DNA of 64,000 nucleotides from Takakia lepidozioides. Its lineage: Eukaryota; Plantae; Bryophyta. Position 1 is the stretch's first letter. Every line of letters begins with the position of its first letter. Under the pieces are notes generated by a model. It worked only from the letters and a program-made list of their open reading frames with translations. It was not told where the DNA came from and did no database searches. The position numbers and the translations under genes were made by a program. This document shows positions 24,011 through 36,530 of the stretch, in pieces. The stretch lies in assembly GCA_030704615.1 (NCBI GenBank), contig CM060731.1:68820001-68884000 (forward strand), in the 5' to 3' direction.

Positions 24011-24329
24011 TCAAGCATCGTTGAGGCATTCTGTTGAACACTCGGTGAGCATCCAGATTGCTGCAGAGGCCGAGATAGCTGAATTAGTGGGGATAGAGTG
24101 TGGGTTCAGATTCACCCCAGAGGCCTGGATTTCAAGCACATAATTACCTAGGATTCCATGTGGGTCAATAGCTACAAGAAACCTGCATGGATGGTCAACT
24201 GGAAGCAACAGAGCTGTGGCGCAGTTGATAAAATCCGGCACCTCCACCATGACCACAGCTTCCGAAAGAGGACCTAGAGAGGGAGTCCACAATGCCTCTT
24301 CTGGCAGCACTTCTCGCGGCATGTGAGGA

Positions 24330-24553
24330 TGCTATTTGAGGCAGGGCGACTGAAAGCAGGTCTACAGACTTTAAGCCAAGGAGGCGTATTAGCAGATTCA
24401 GATACTTATGTTTGTCTCTTGCATAAGTGTATCAAGATGAAAGGCCTGGAAGCCGGAAAGCAGGTGCATGCTCACATTATCCAAACTGGACTCAAGCCAA
24501 ACGTTTTTCTATACAACACCCTTGTCAATATGTATGTTAAGTGCGGGAGCATC
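24330..24553 (+). pseudogene. N-terminal PLS-PPR fragment
   Basis: ADSDTYVCLLHKCIKMKGLEAGKQVHAHIIQTGLKPNVFLYNTLVNMYVKCGSI, then abrupt loss of similarity. Confidence 0.85.
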
Positions 24554-27500
24554 TTCATATATAGATCCTCTCCTTGCCTAGCAGCTGACAATGACAGCCT
24601 AGATTTGTTCTAGCAAAACACCCCAACCCTACTTATCACACTAGCTCAGATGCACTAGCTCAAGCTTGCAAGAGATTTGATACCTGTGAACGCAGTTGTC
24701 CAGTCACAGGGAAATGAGTGTAGTCTAGCGCGCTGCCAATTGCCCACATACTAGAACGCATGAGGTTGATCCAACAATGCTCCTCAAGCGGTCTAGCTTC
24801 CACCACAAGTGACAGGAGCGAATTTGAGAGAGAATGTACTCATAAGTATGAGACAGAGACAGAGCACAATCATTACTACAGAAAGCTTGTCAATGAAACT
24901 GCTTCCTGCTGCAACATGGCAGATTGCGTCGATTGTCCGAACTGGGGGTCGTAAAGCATTCCTTCCGAAGCATGTCTTCGTCTGCGTTTTGGCTTTGTGG
25001 ATAATTGCGTGTGTTGGCAAGTTCCTTGCTGAATGTGACCACAGGTAGTAGCGCCAATTCATTTTTCTCCTCCAGGCGGCCTACTTGCTCCTCTATGGTC
25101 TCGGCCTGCAAACAAATTTCAATGAAATTCGGTTTGGAACACGAAGAGGAGCGCACAAAGGCCAGCCTCAAGAGTCCCTACAGAAGGTTCCCACGGAGGC
25201 CATACAGGCTGCGGTAGCCGATCCATCCCCATCTCTCTTGCCAAACCCCTTTGACAATGCTCCCAACAGGAGCATGCCTGCTGCGTCTCGAACTCTTTTG
25301 CCCCCTTCGGCCGCTGCTGCTAACAGAGTGCCTGGGTAGTATGGAATTAGCCAGCCGATCCAGCAGTATTCCCAGCTATCAGTATTCAACAAGAGAGTGT
25401 GACTTCGCATCCGTGAAAAGCCCATGATACTTAAACCAGTGTAGCTAGACTCAGCTCTGCATACTCTGCTTTCCTCCCACCCAAGATATTCTGTCTTGTT
25501 GCTTCAAAATTCTATGCTCTGGAAGCAAAAGTGAGGCTTTTGAGTCTTCAGCTATTTTCCGAGTTATATTTTGTATGAACTCGCTACGAGTCGATGTTCG
25601 TATCATGGCATCTCGACCCTCTAACACAAACAGTCATGTTTTGTCAGTTCTACTGATACCGTTGCATTTCAGTCATTGAAGCTGCATGCTCAGTTGTTGC
25701 GAAGGTCAATCTTTCTGATTTAGATCAGTAGTACGTGGCCCTTCTTATCTCTTGCAAACGAAGTCATCACCCAATCTGAGCGTGTATGGAAGGTGCTCGT
25801 TTGGATTAGAAGCTGGTAAGGCGAGACTTGGTTGTTCAGCTGTCATCGCACTGCTGCCTAATCTTAAGACTAGGAGCAAATTATTTGGGAAGGACGAACA
25901 TTTGGACAAGTGTTCTCTCTGCATCACTTGGGGTTCTTTCCGTGAACCTGCTGTGTTAGAACGCGATAAGAGGTAGAATACCATTGGACAGCTGCCAACG
26001 TACCATTTTGAAGGTTGTGAGGTAGTTTGCTGTAGATGTTGAAAAGGGCGTTGAGGTGCGAGACTTGGATCGTTGCGACGCAACGAAGGATGCACTAAAG
26101 TAGTTTCCAGCAGATCAAAAGCGCAGGCTGTCCATTCATGAGCATAGGCCAATTCGAGCGCAAAAGCAACGAGAGATTTACGAGTGAGTTTCCTATATGC
26201 CCCTCTGCTCTTCAAAATACCCAAGCTAGATATTCCGAGCCTTCCTCTCAAGAGAATGATTGAGGCGAGGAATGGTTGCGCTGGTAATTATTCAGAGTTG
26301 ACGTGAACCGTAACCCAGTTGAGGAAGCTCAAGCTCACCTCTCATTTGAAGCGTTGCGGAGCAAGCGTTGATGCACTAGGGTAGTTTCTAGCTCCTTACT
26401 GTTCCTTTTCTCAGCCATGCAAGGGAATTTCCGTAAACAACAACTGTATCGCAGGGTCTGGAGTCGGCACCCATGCAAGAGGATACTAACTAATTCACCC
26501 ACAAGTCCTTGTTTGCATCTTTAACGGATCGGCTGCAAAGCAGCCAGTGCAGCCGAATTATGCAAAGATGCACACTGTAGAGCAGACCGAAGAAACAAGA
26601 CCAAAGGAAGCACTGAATAGATGGAACTGCTGTACCAGTAGACAGGTCAACACCAGCTCAAAGGAATCACTGGCATTGGTTTAAAACTGGAGGAGCCCCC
26701 TTGCATGACACAGGGAAGGCAACACTTTATCTCTGCTTCTGCCGACACCCACTTCGCAAGGAAAGCACCGTGGGAACGCCTCTTGGCAGAAGCAATCACA
26801 CAACTAAAAACAGCAACAAAAAACACACATCATCACAACTTGATATCAAACCATGCAGTCAATCTAACAGAGAGAACCCACATTCAGCGAGCAAGATCGA
26901 AACAAACAACTTCCATCAAGCCCCAGCGCTTACGAGATGGATATCACTGAGGCCTCATCCCAACTCTTTATATTGTGTTTGTCCTCATTGCGATTAGGTC
27001 ATCATGCTCTACCTTCGATCTTCATCGATCAACGGTTAAAACCATCCAATGCCACATGGATCATCTCTCTCATCTGACAGGGGCAATGCTGTGCATGTCC
27101 CTGATGTGCACCTTGCAGACCACGATTGAGTCATCATTTGAGAGCTGCTCATGCCCGCTCGTAACGTCACCGAAAGCAACATGGAGGAACTGAAGCACTT
27201 GTATACAGAAATATAATGTAGTCGAGACAAAAATGAATCCTACAACGGAAGATGTGATCGGAAATGTTGGTTGCACTTTGTGAAGACCTACTGCCATTCC
27301 GTGCTGAAGCTTGAAGAGATGACATCGATATTTATGAACCATTTCGTTCAGAAGAATCCCAGTAGTACTACTGCGTGCACCACCATGGCAACGCCAACTG
27401 TAGAGCGAGAATTAGGCTGCGTCACATCAAGAAAGAAGGTAAGTGTGGAGACGTTGGTGTCGAACAAAATTTAAACTTTGTTTGTAGTTGTGAGAGTGGG

Positions 27501-27899
27501 CAGGCTTTGAGCACGGTGTGCATCATGCATCATGCAGCCTTTCCACGCCCAACACTCGGTGCCGAACATGTTCCAGATGCTCGTCGTTTTGTAATGAGCT
27601 TTCAAAGAAAAGTCTGCTGCAGGATTTGGTATGCTCCTCTTCCACCCCTCTCGTATGTAGGGTGAAGGTAAACAATGCCAGAGCATTACAACCTGTGCAT
27701 TCATGTTTTTCCCTGCGAAGAGATGGGACGGAAGAGGCTGCAGAATCTGGAATTGATCTCTGGTATGTTTATCATGCAGGGCAGTGAGGTTTCAGGTCTG
27801 GAATCAGACCCAATTGTGTGTTGGGAATCCCAGTGGGTGCACGTGTACGAGTTTTGGCACATCCGCTGTTTTAAACGCAGTACAAGAAACTACAGCAAG

Positions 27900-30800
27900 G
27901 GGGCAATGGAGCAAGAAGGACAGTTTGAGTACTGGTGGGAATATAGCCTCAGTGTGCGACAAGGAACGCTTCAAAGAGGCGATGCATCTTTTGGATGTGA
28001 TGGAGCAACGAGGCTTTTGGACATATTCCGAGACCTGCGCTCGTCTCTTGCAGGGGTTTGGAAAGACGAAGGCCCTCGCAGATGGCAAGGGGTCCATGCC
28101 CACATCGTCAAAAGTGGATTTGAGTTGAACATCTTCCTGGCAAACACCCTTGTCAGCATGTATTGCAATTGTGGAAGTGTGGCGGATGCTCGCCAAGTGT
28201 TCGACAAAATGCCTGAACGGAATGTGATCTCATGGACTGCGATGATTGCAGGATTAGCTAAGCAAGGTCATGGTGGAGAGGCATTTGAACTCTTTGATCA
28301 GATGCAACGAGAAGGAGTGAAGGCAGACAACGTGACTTTCATGAGCATCCTGAACGCATGTGCTGGTCCGGTAGCTCTGGAACATGGCAAGCAGATCCCT
28401 GCGGGCATCATCAGAGCTGGATTTGAATCAGATGTCAGAGTGGGGGCTGCCCTTGTCAGCATGTATTGCAAGAGCGGAAGATTGGTGGATGCGCGTCAAG
28501 TATTTGACAAAATGCCTAAATGGAATGTGACATCATGAACTGCTATGATTGCAGGGTTAGCTAAGCAAGGGCACGCCGAAGAGGCATTGGAACTCTTTAG
28601 GCAAATGCAACGAGATGGCACGGCTCCAAACACTTTTATCAGCATTCTGAATGCATGTGCAGGCCCAGGAGCTCTGGAACAGGGCAAGCAGCTCCATGCA
28701 GATATTATTAAAGCTGGATTTCAGTCAGATGTCTCATTGGGAAATGCCCTTGTCATCATGTACTGCAAGTGCAGGAGTGTGGTGGATGCATGCCAAGTGT
28801 TTGACAAAATGCTTATGCGAGACTTGATCTCATGGAATGCGATGATTTCAGGATTAGCTCACCAAGTACATAGTGAAGAGGCATTTGAATATTTTTGGCA
28901 AATGCAAGGAGGAGTGAAGGCAGACAAGGTCACTTTCATCGGCATCCTGAATGCCTGTACCAGCCCTGGAGCACTGAAGCAGAGCAAGCGGCTTCATGTG
29001 GGCATTGTAAAAGCTGGACTTCATTCAGACCTGGAATTGGGGAATGCCCTTATCAGCATGTATTGCAAGCGTGGGAGCGTGGTGGATGCACGGCAAGTCT
29101 TCACCAATATGGCTAAGCGAAATGTGATTTCCTGGAATGCGCTGATGACAGGAGTAGCTCAACAGGGGAGCTTTGAAGAGGCATTTGAACACTTTCAGCA
29201 CATGCAACAAGAAGGTGTGAAGGCAGACAAGGTGACTTTTATTAGCCTCCTGACTGCATTTGCCGGCTTAGCACAGCTGGAACAGGGAAAGCGGCTCCAT
29301 GCGAGCATCATCAAAGCTGGATTGGAGTCCGATGTCCAGGTGGGAACTGCCCTGTGCAGCATGTATTGCAGGTGCGGAAGTGTTGGGAATGCTCACCTAG
29401 TGTTTGACAAACTCCCCAAGCGAGATGTGTTCTCGTGGAATGCGATTATTGCAGGATGTGCCCAGCAAGGGTGTGCTGAGGAGGCATTTGATCTTTTTGG
29501 GCAGATGCAAAGAGAAGGTGTGAAGGCAGATAAGGTCACTTTCTTGAGCATCCTGAATGCATGTTCCAGTCCATTGTTGCTGGAGCAGGGCAAGCAGCTC
29601 CATGAGGGCATCATCAGAGCTGGATTTCAGTCAAATGTCAGTGTGGGGAATGCCCTCGTCACCATGTATTGCAAGTGCGGGGTGTGGAGGATGCACGGGA
29701 AGTTTTTGCAAAATTGCCCAAGCGTGATATGATCTCATGGAATGGGATGATTGCAGGATTAGCTCAGCAAGGTCATGCACAAGAGGCATTTGAACTCTTT
29801 CAGCAAATGAAAAGAGAAGGTGTCCAGACTGACCAGGTCACTTTCATGATCATTCTCAACGCATGTGCCAACCTAGTAGCCCTGAAAGAGGGAAAATGGG
29901 TCCACACCCTCATTGTGGAATCCGGATTGGAGTCAGACCTCCGAGTGTGTAATGCTCTTGTTGACATGTATGCCAAGTGCGGGAGTGTAGGAGATGCATG
30001 GCAAGTATTCGACAAGATTTCAAACGAGATGTGATCTCATGGACTGCAATGATCAGTGGATATGCCCAGCATGGGCATGATAAGGAGGCCCTCCAACTCT
30101 ATGAAGACATGCAACAGGAAGGTGTGAAGCCAGACGATGTCACCTTCATTGGTGTTCTCTCTGCCTGCAGCCATGTGGGTCTAGTGCACGAATGCCATCA
30201 TTACTTCTGCTCTTTGAGCAGAGATCATGGCATCACACCAACAGAAATGCATTTTGGCTGCATGGTTGACCTTCTTGGCCGTGCAGGGCGCCTGGATGAG
30301 GCTGAGGACTTTATCAAAAAAATGCCATTCGAACCAGATGCTTCGGTATGGGGGGCGTTGCTTGGTGCCTGCAGAATCCATGGTAATGTGGAGATAGCAG
30401 AACGTACTGCAGATTGTGTTCTCAAGTTGGATCCACAAGATGCTGCAGTCTGTGTTGCTTTCAAACATCTATGCTGCTGCTGGGAGGTGGGATGCTATAG
30501 CAAGTGTGAGGAAACTAATGAAGGATGTCGGTGTGAAGAAGGAGCCAGGGCGCAGCTGGATTGAGATCAAGAATAAGTTAGATTCATTTATTGCAGAAGA
30601 TAGATCACACCCACAGTCCGAAAAAAATCTGTGCTGAGTTGGAGAGATTGTCAATGGAGATGAAGGAGGCAGGATATGTTCCAGACACACGCTTTGTCTT
30701 GCATGATATGCATCAGCAGGCAAAGGAACAGGCTCTTTGCTACCACAGTGAAAAGCTGGCTATCGCTTTTGGGCTAATCAGCACTCCCCCTGGGACACTT

Positions 30801-30953
30801 ATCCGCATAATCAAGAACCTTCGGGTATGTGGGGATTGCCACAATGCCACCAAGTTTATCTCTAAGATGGCCAGGCGAGACATTGTTGCAAGGGATGCCA
30901 TCCGCTTTCATCACTTCAAGAATGGGGTGTTCTCTTGTGGTGATTACTGGTGA
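27900..30953 (+). pseudogene. Intronless PLS-E-DYW PPR RNA-editing factor, disrupted (about 5 frameshifts and TGA at 28536)
   Basis: Multiple PLS triplets, E motifs (WGALLGACRIHGN), PG box [27 protein letters not shown] and terminal GDYW. The true start codon was not determined. Confidence 0.95.
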
Positions 30954-31294
30954 TTATTAGTGTACAAGCAACGAACATAAAGTTCCAAATTATTGGGGTA
31001 CTAAGTCAATGTCTTGTCTAGTCCATTCTTCTCCACAATCTACAAACCTAGCTCTCAAGCACTACAAGTCCCTCATTAGATCCAAAAAGAGAGCTTACAC
31101 TCTCAAGATTGCAACTTTCCTTGCAAAGATTAGGCTTTCTCGTCTTTCCTTTTGGTCCTTCTTGAAACCTCATAGAGACTCACCCCCAATCATAGACATT
31201 CATGTTTGGCATAAGTATGCTTAGTCATTGTATCACTCCCCAAGCCAATCTCTCGTTCCTGTAACCTCCAAACCCCTACACTTCTTTGTCTTCC

Positions 31295-31880
31295 ACACAA
31301 CCAATGTCAGTACGGCAGTCAAGAAGCTGCAAAGTGGCAAGGCAGTGAATTCATCAAGCACGCGGCAACGACTTTGGCTTTGGCACATCTCTTCAATGAA
31401 GCTGTGCAATATGGCTTTCCAACAGGGTGGACAATGATCATCATCCACCCCCTCTTGCATAGACAATTATTGTACAATTATGGTGTCTTCCTTGTTGGCT
31501 AAACTGTTTGGGGGCGTAGTGGCCATGGAACTGGATGAATGGGCTAAATCCTCTCATGTGCGTGCTATTGGGCAAGTGCTTCCGTCGCAACCGATCCACC
31601 CCTGACCACATTTTCACCCTTCAGACTATGGTGGAACGTGCAAGCTATGACAAAAAAATGGTGTATGTTTGCTTAGTAGACCTTCGAAAGGCTTTCGATT
31701 TGGTTCCTCGAGACGTTCTTCTCCAACGGCTCCATAGGATGGAGGTCCTTTCGGACATCATGTATGCCATCTTATCCATTTATGAGATAGTCATTGGCAG
31801 GGTCAAAGTCATAGGGGAATTCTCAGGCATAGCAACGTTGGGGTCAAACAGGGTTGCCCCCTCTCACCTACCCTTTTCGG
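31295..31880 (+). mobile_element. LINE (RTE-like) reverse transcriptase fragment
   Basis: AVKKLQSGKA, FRRNRSTPDHIFTL, CLVDLRKAFDLVPR and, after a frameshift, GVKQGCPLSPTLF. Confidence 0.85.
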
Positions 31881-31884
31881 GAGC

Positions 31885-32580
31885 AGAGGTCCAGTAGAAG
31901 ATGCCTTGCGGTCATTGGCAAGAAGTCTCCATGCACCTACAAGTGTAGGGTAAAGCATCCCTACAAGGTGCTCTATTACCCAACATAAAGAAATTCTTAG
32001 AAGCTATCCGGTGTTAGAGGGACCTAATCACCAGCTAGGGGGGCGATTTCGGCATAGCTTTCTAGGATTGTGTGCTTAGAATGCGTGGTGGACAACGATG
32101 TATGTTGTGGCACGATGCTTAGGTTCACGACATGGAATACATCGACAAAATGCATTCCAAGAAGTACTGATCCTAATTGGATCATCGCTTGGAATTCAAC
32201 CGCACATGTCCCAATTTTCTAAAGTCTATGGATCAAGAGGCAGGGTGTAAAAAGAGCCCCGTCGTTAGTCGCCTGCTTGCAATCCATGATCTTCAATTGA
32301 GTATCCATGGCGTTGAGCTCCCACCAGCTAGACCTTGGATCACTTGTCAACCTTATCATTGTCATGTCCACTACCTCTGTCCAAGGTATCGTGGACACAA
32401 CCATTCTCCCCTAGGATCCTCCTCAAGTGGCGGTGTTAAGCATCCTATGTGCCACCCCTTTAAGCATTTGTCACACACCAACATGGTTGCGGCACCACCA
32501 GCATGCCCACATAGCATACAACGCAACCCTGCAGGTACCACTGCAAGGTTGGGATCTATCATGTTCCCCTTTGCCACGTA
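31885..32580 (-). mobile_element. Probable 3' tail of a Ty3/Gypsy pol ending in a PHD finger, plus 3' non-coding sequence
   Basis: IDPNLAVVPAGLRCMLC...MLVCDKCLKGWHIGCLTPPLEEDPRGEWLCPR (C4HC3 PHD, last Cys lost), intronless and embedded among TE fragments. Integrase itself is absent. Confidence 0.6.
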
Positions 32581-33099
32581 GCAAGATTTTTGTTGGCTAG
32601 GTCTTTTTCGAGCCGTCTTCGAGGTGGCACAGAAAACGGCGACTGCAATGATGCGAAGAGCAGATCTTTCCCATGTCCTTTAGTATAGATCGTCTCGCTT
32701 GTTTTTCAGCTTTCTTCATCATTTTTGTTTCATCATGGAACCTGCTAAGGTTAATAGTCATGTTTACAAGAAGGCATGCCCTCCGATGTGAGTAGTCCGT
32801 GCAAGTTCAGTATGGAGGGATGCAAGTTTCATCAATTGGGTAGGCACTAGATTGTTCTTTTGGAGTCTTTTTCATTTTTTCTAGATTTTTCGCAACTGAA
32901 TGATGATTCTCTTCTTGCCATTGTTACTACACCATCTTTGCTTGTTATATATTAATGTCAGTGTACTAGCGAAATTGAGCATTGAGGATTCACCACCAGC
33001 TTCATTATCTATCACTTCTACAATATATCTTCCTGTTAATGTTACCCCTGAGAGGAGTGCTCTTGACGAATCAAGTTCAATCATTCTTTTTTTGCTATG

Positions 33100-35050
33100 T
33101 CTATGTCATGCAATTCAACAGTTGTTAAGCCTTTTGTGTCTTATCTTGCAACAACTATCTATGATGTCAATACTTCTAAGTTGTCGAGTGATACTGACTA
33201 TTTTGATGAGAATGGAGAACTTGGTGAGGATTTCGATGGACGTGGATTCAAGATATCTAGGACAGTTGTCGCTTTGGTGAGATTGATGTTGCCGAACTGT
33301 AGAATGTAAATATTGGTGGTTGTCGGCGCAGCAAAGTTATAGAGAAGTGGGCAAAAAACGTCGTTGATGAATGACGCCAGATCTGGGGTTTAGTTTACAG
33401 TTGTCGATTGAAGACCTGTCTGAGCATAAGGATATTAAGAGCTTTGTCGATATGCTCTGCGAATTCAGTTACAAATGCGAAAGAAAGATGACACATTACA
33501 CATCCTTGCGAGGTACTTTCCACTTGAGACTCTTGATTATGATGTTTCTTTCTATCTATGTTGTTCACGAATCACAATTTGTATATGTCTTGTGCAATGT
33601 TCAAGGTATGGAGCGATCAACCGCATCATGCGGTCGCGCCAAGCGCTGCAGCGTTCTGTGGAGAATGACATTTCGTATCAACCTATGCACATTTTCAACG
33701 ATGTGCGGGACCTACTTGTTGCGGGGGATGAGACTGCTAGCAGAGGTCTAGAAACAAGCATCGGTAAAATCCACGAAGCGCATCAATGTTTTATCACCTA
33801 TTGAAGAGCTGAGAATGCTTTCTCAAGAAAAACTTGTCAGCCTACTAGTCCGAGCAAACTCAACTTTCGCATTGGTTTGTAAACCAATTTATGCTTTCTC
33901 ATTTTTCAACATAAGAGGGGCTTTTGAATTGCATAAAATTAATGAATCTGATTTCTCTTTCCATATGATTCATGTTGGTGAGGTACTAATGTTTTCACAA
34001 GGTATGTCCAAGAATTGACGCTTAGATGTGACAAGGTGTTTAGTGGATCAACATTAACGGAAGGCAGTGGATTGTTATTTGCCTGATGTAGTGAATACCT
34101 ACAAGATACTCATGTCACATCATCATGTATGGACTCGTGATGAGCCAAGGCATCATCCTCTTTTGTAATCGCCAAAGAAAATGTGGAAACCATCAAATTC
34201 CGTTTGGTTCTCTAAAACGCCTATCGATGTCAATACTCTTCGCAATATAACACGCATGTTGACTGCTGATATTCCCAACAAAAAATATTATAAACAAAAC
34301 AAGGAGGAACACATGGATAACTCGAATGGAAGATGCATGCGTTCCGATCGAGTATGACATGGAGCTATCAAGTCATCGCGACGCAAAGTCCTACTCGAAG
34401 TATGTGTATGATTCTTCTGTGAACTCTATTCGTAGTTACTTATATATTTTCGTGTCCTCATTTTTTCTGATCATATGTTATTGTTGTTGTACCAAGTACA
34501 ACCACAGCCAGAAGTTGATTCGAGATCGGGCAATGCAAAGGATTATTGCTGGTGAATTCCATAGTGATGGCAGACGTCTCCACTTTGAGGAGGCTTTTGA
34601 AGAGGAGTCCTCACATTTTCAAAAATTCATAATTCTAATTACAATTCTATTAATTCAAGGTGCAACGATGAACCAAAATCAAGTGTGAGCAATGGTGTTC
34701 GAAACTTGATAATACTTTTGACAATAATGCTTTGGTGCTCGCACCTAATAAGCAATTGACCCCTTTCTTTGTGGATGATGATTTCTGGGGAACACTTGAT
34801 GGATACAAGGCTCTGGAGGACGAGATTAAAAAGCATAAAGATCGAGTGAAGCTACTAGTTGGTGGAGGATCGATGTCAAACACGGTTTCCAACTCGAGGC
34901 ATAGGTTCAAGAACATGACTAACTGCCCAATCACTATTATTCACATCATGGATCCTGTTGTTGGTGCCAAGATGGTGAATGCTCTGAACATTCCTCTGTG
35001 CAACAAATCTCCCTCCGATGATGAGAATGCTGATCCTATAGGTTGGAAGG
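33100..35050 (+). mobile_element. Crypton/DUF3504-type tyrosine recombinase pseudogene with spliceosomal introns
   Basis: Ordered motifs KWAKNVVDE*R, MLCEF..RKKDDTL, FFNIRGAFEL...DF, WFSKTPIDVNTL, NKTRRNTWITRM..ACVP....MELSSHRDAKSYSKY, and C-terminal FKNMTNCPITI. Intron-like AT-rich interruptions at ~33513-33606 and ~34400-34496. Confidence 0.75.
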
Positions 35051-36436
35051 CCTATAGGTTTATATACCTTCTTTTTAGTTTCATAGTTGGACATATACTT
35101 AGAGGCTACTCCATTTTACCTCTACCATTCATTCTTTGGCTATAAGCTTATTCAACAAATTATTGATAAGCATCAGACTTTAATAGAAGCTCGTTGTGAG
35201 CAGATTTCTCACCCAAACTCCCTCGTTGTGTTCAAAAATTGAATGGAAATAAATTTTTCTACACAGATAAAGAAACTCTTCTAAAAGAAAAAGAAAATAC
35301 ATGTGGAGTATGGTTACAAAATGTAACCCACTCTCAAGGTGCATTAGAGACGCGACACACCCGTTTGAGGATACGGTTCAGGAGGTTTCTTTACGCGTGG
35401 TAAGTACATGTGTTGTGTTGTACACGTATGTTCATTTTGCCATATCAAACTGGTCCCATCCAACTTGGTTGTTGGGTCCAATTGGTAGGGCCCAGTGTAG
35501 TGTAGATTAAGACTCACCATGTAGGTTATAGGACACTTGTATGTGTATTTCCAATTTCGAGATACCCTAGTCCTAAGCATGGGTATGGCAAAAACTCAAA
35601 TGACATACTCGGAGAGCATGTACAATGATATGATACACCCAAACATTCATCATACTCCATTCAAAGCTGAAAAAAAAACCAGATTGAGGGCAACATACAA
35701 AAGGAAAAAAAAATTGCAATCACTAAGCCGATTTGCTCAATCTTTCGCGTCGCCCCACATCAAAGATCCAACCGCAAAAATGAAACCCCTCCCATAACAG
35801 ACACAACATGGCTGCCTTCTCGAAACACTCCCCCTTGAGTACCAGTGGTGGCATTCGCAGTATTGCTCCGCCAGCTACTGCGACTGGTATGGTATTAGTT
35901 TGGGTATGTTTGGAACCTAAACCCTAAGTTCTACAAACACTCGGGTGTAGGCGGCATGACAGTAGCCAGGTTGGTCCTGGAATACCCTTACCTATACCCT
36001 TATACATACCCCGGCCAGTTTGGCACATACCAGTACAACATTGGTAAGCACATTCAAATTACAAAGGAAATTTCCTGAAAATTCTTTAGAGTCTTGTGGC
36101 TAGGCTCCCATCCTCCTCTTCATAATTGTTCAGAAAATGATAGAGGTTGGGTGCAGCGGCCAGCCCTACCTTTTTAGCCGAAAAAAAAGCCAGAAAGCAC
36201 CAAAAAAAGTTGGCCGGCGACGTCCCTATGCAAAAATAAAGGGCCATAAATAAATAAACTTCGCCATATAGTGGCGGTTCCCTGGGCAGCTGGTGCCAGA
36301 AAGCACATGAACCCACCCTTTTTGCCTGGGAACTGGGGAGCATTGCGCCCTAAATCCAAGGGCTGGCGCCCCATCACACCAAGAATCAGCACGATTTCGC
36401 CACCTGCACCTGTCGCCACCGTCCAATCGGCAGCCA

Positions 36437-36530
36437 ATAGCCATATTGCACATACATATGCAGCCATATTGCAGCCGTATATTGTAGCCATATTGCACCG
36501 TCCGATCGCCATATTGCACAATGTATTGCA
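36437..36530. repeat. Minisatellite of GCCATATTGCA-type units
   Basis: Five or more degenerate copies within a non-coding, probably TE-derived segment. Confidence 0.7.

Noticed and set aside
24620-27700. Several 60-170-aa ORFs, including a weak LRR-like string (EGHIGNSLVNLSLL) near 26170-26215 on the minus strand
   Set aside because: No consistent domain, frame or splice structure was recognisable.
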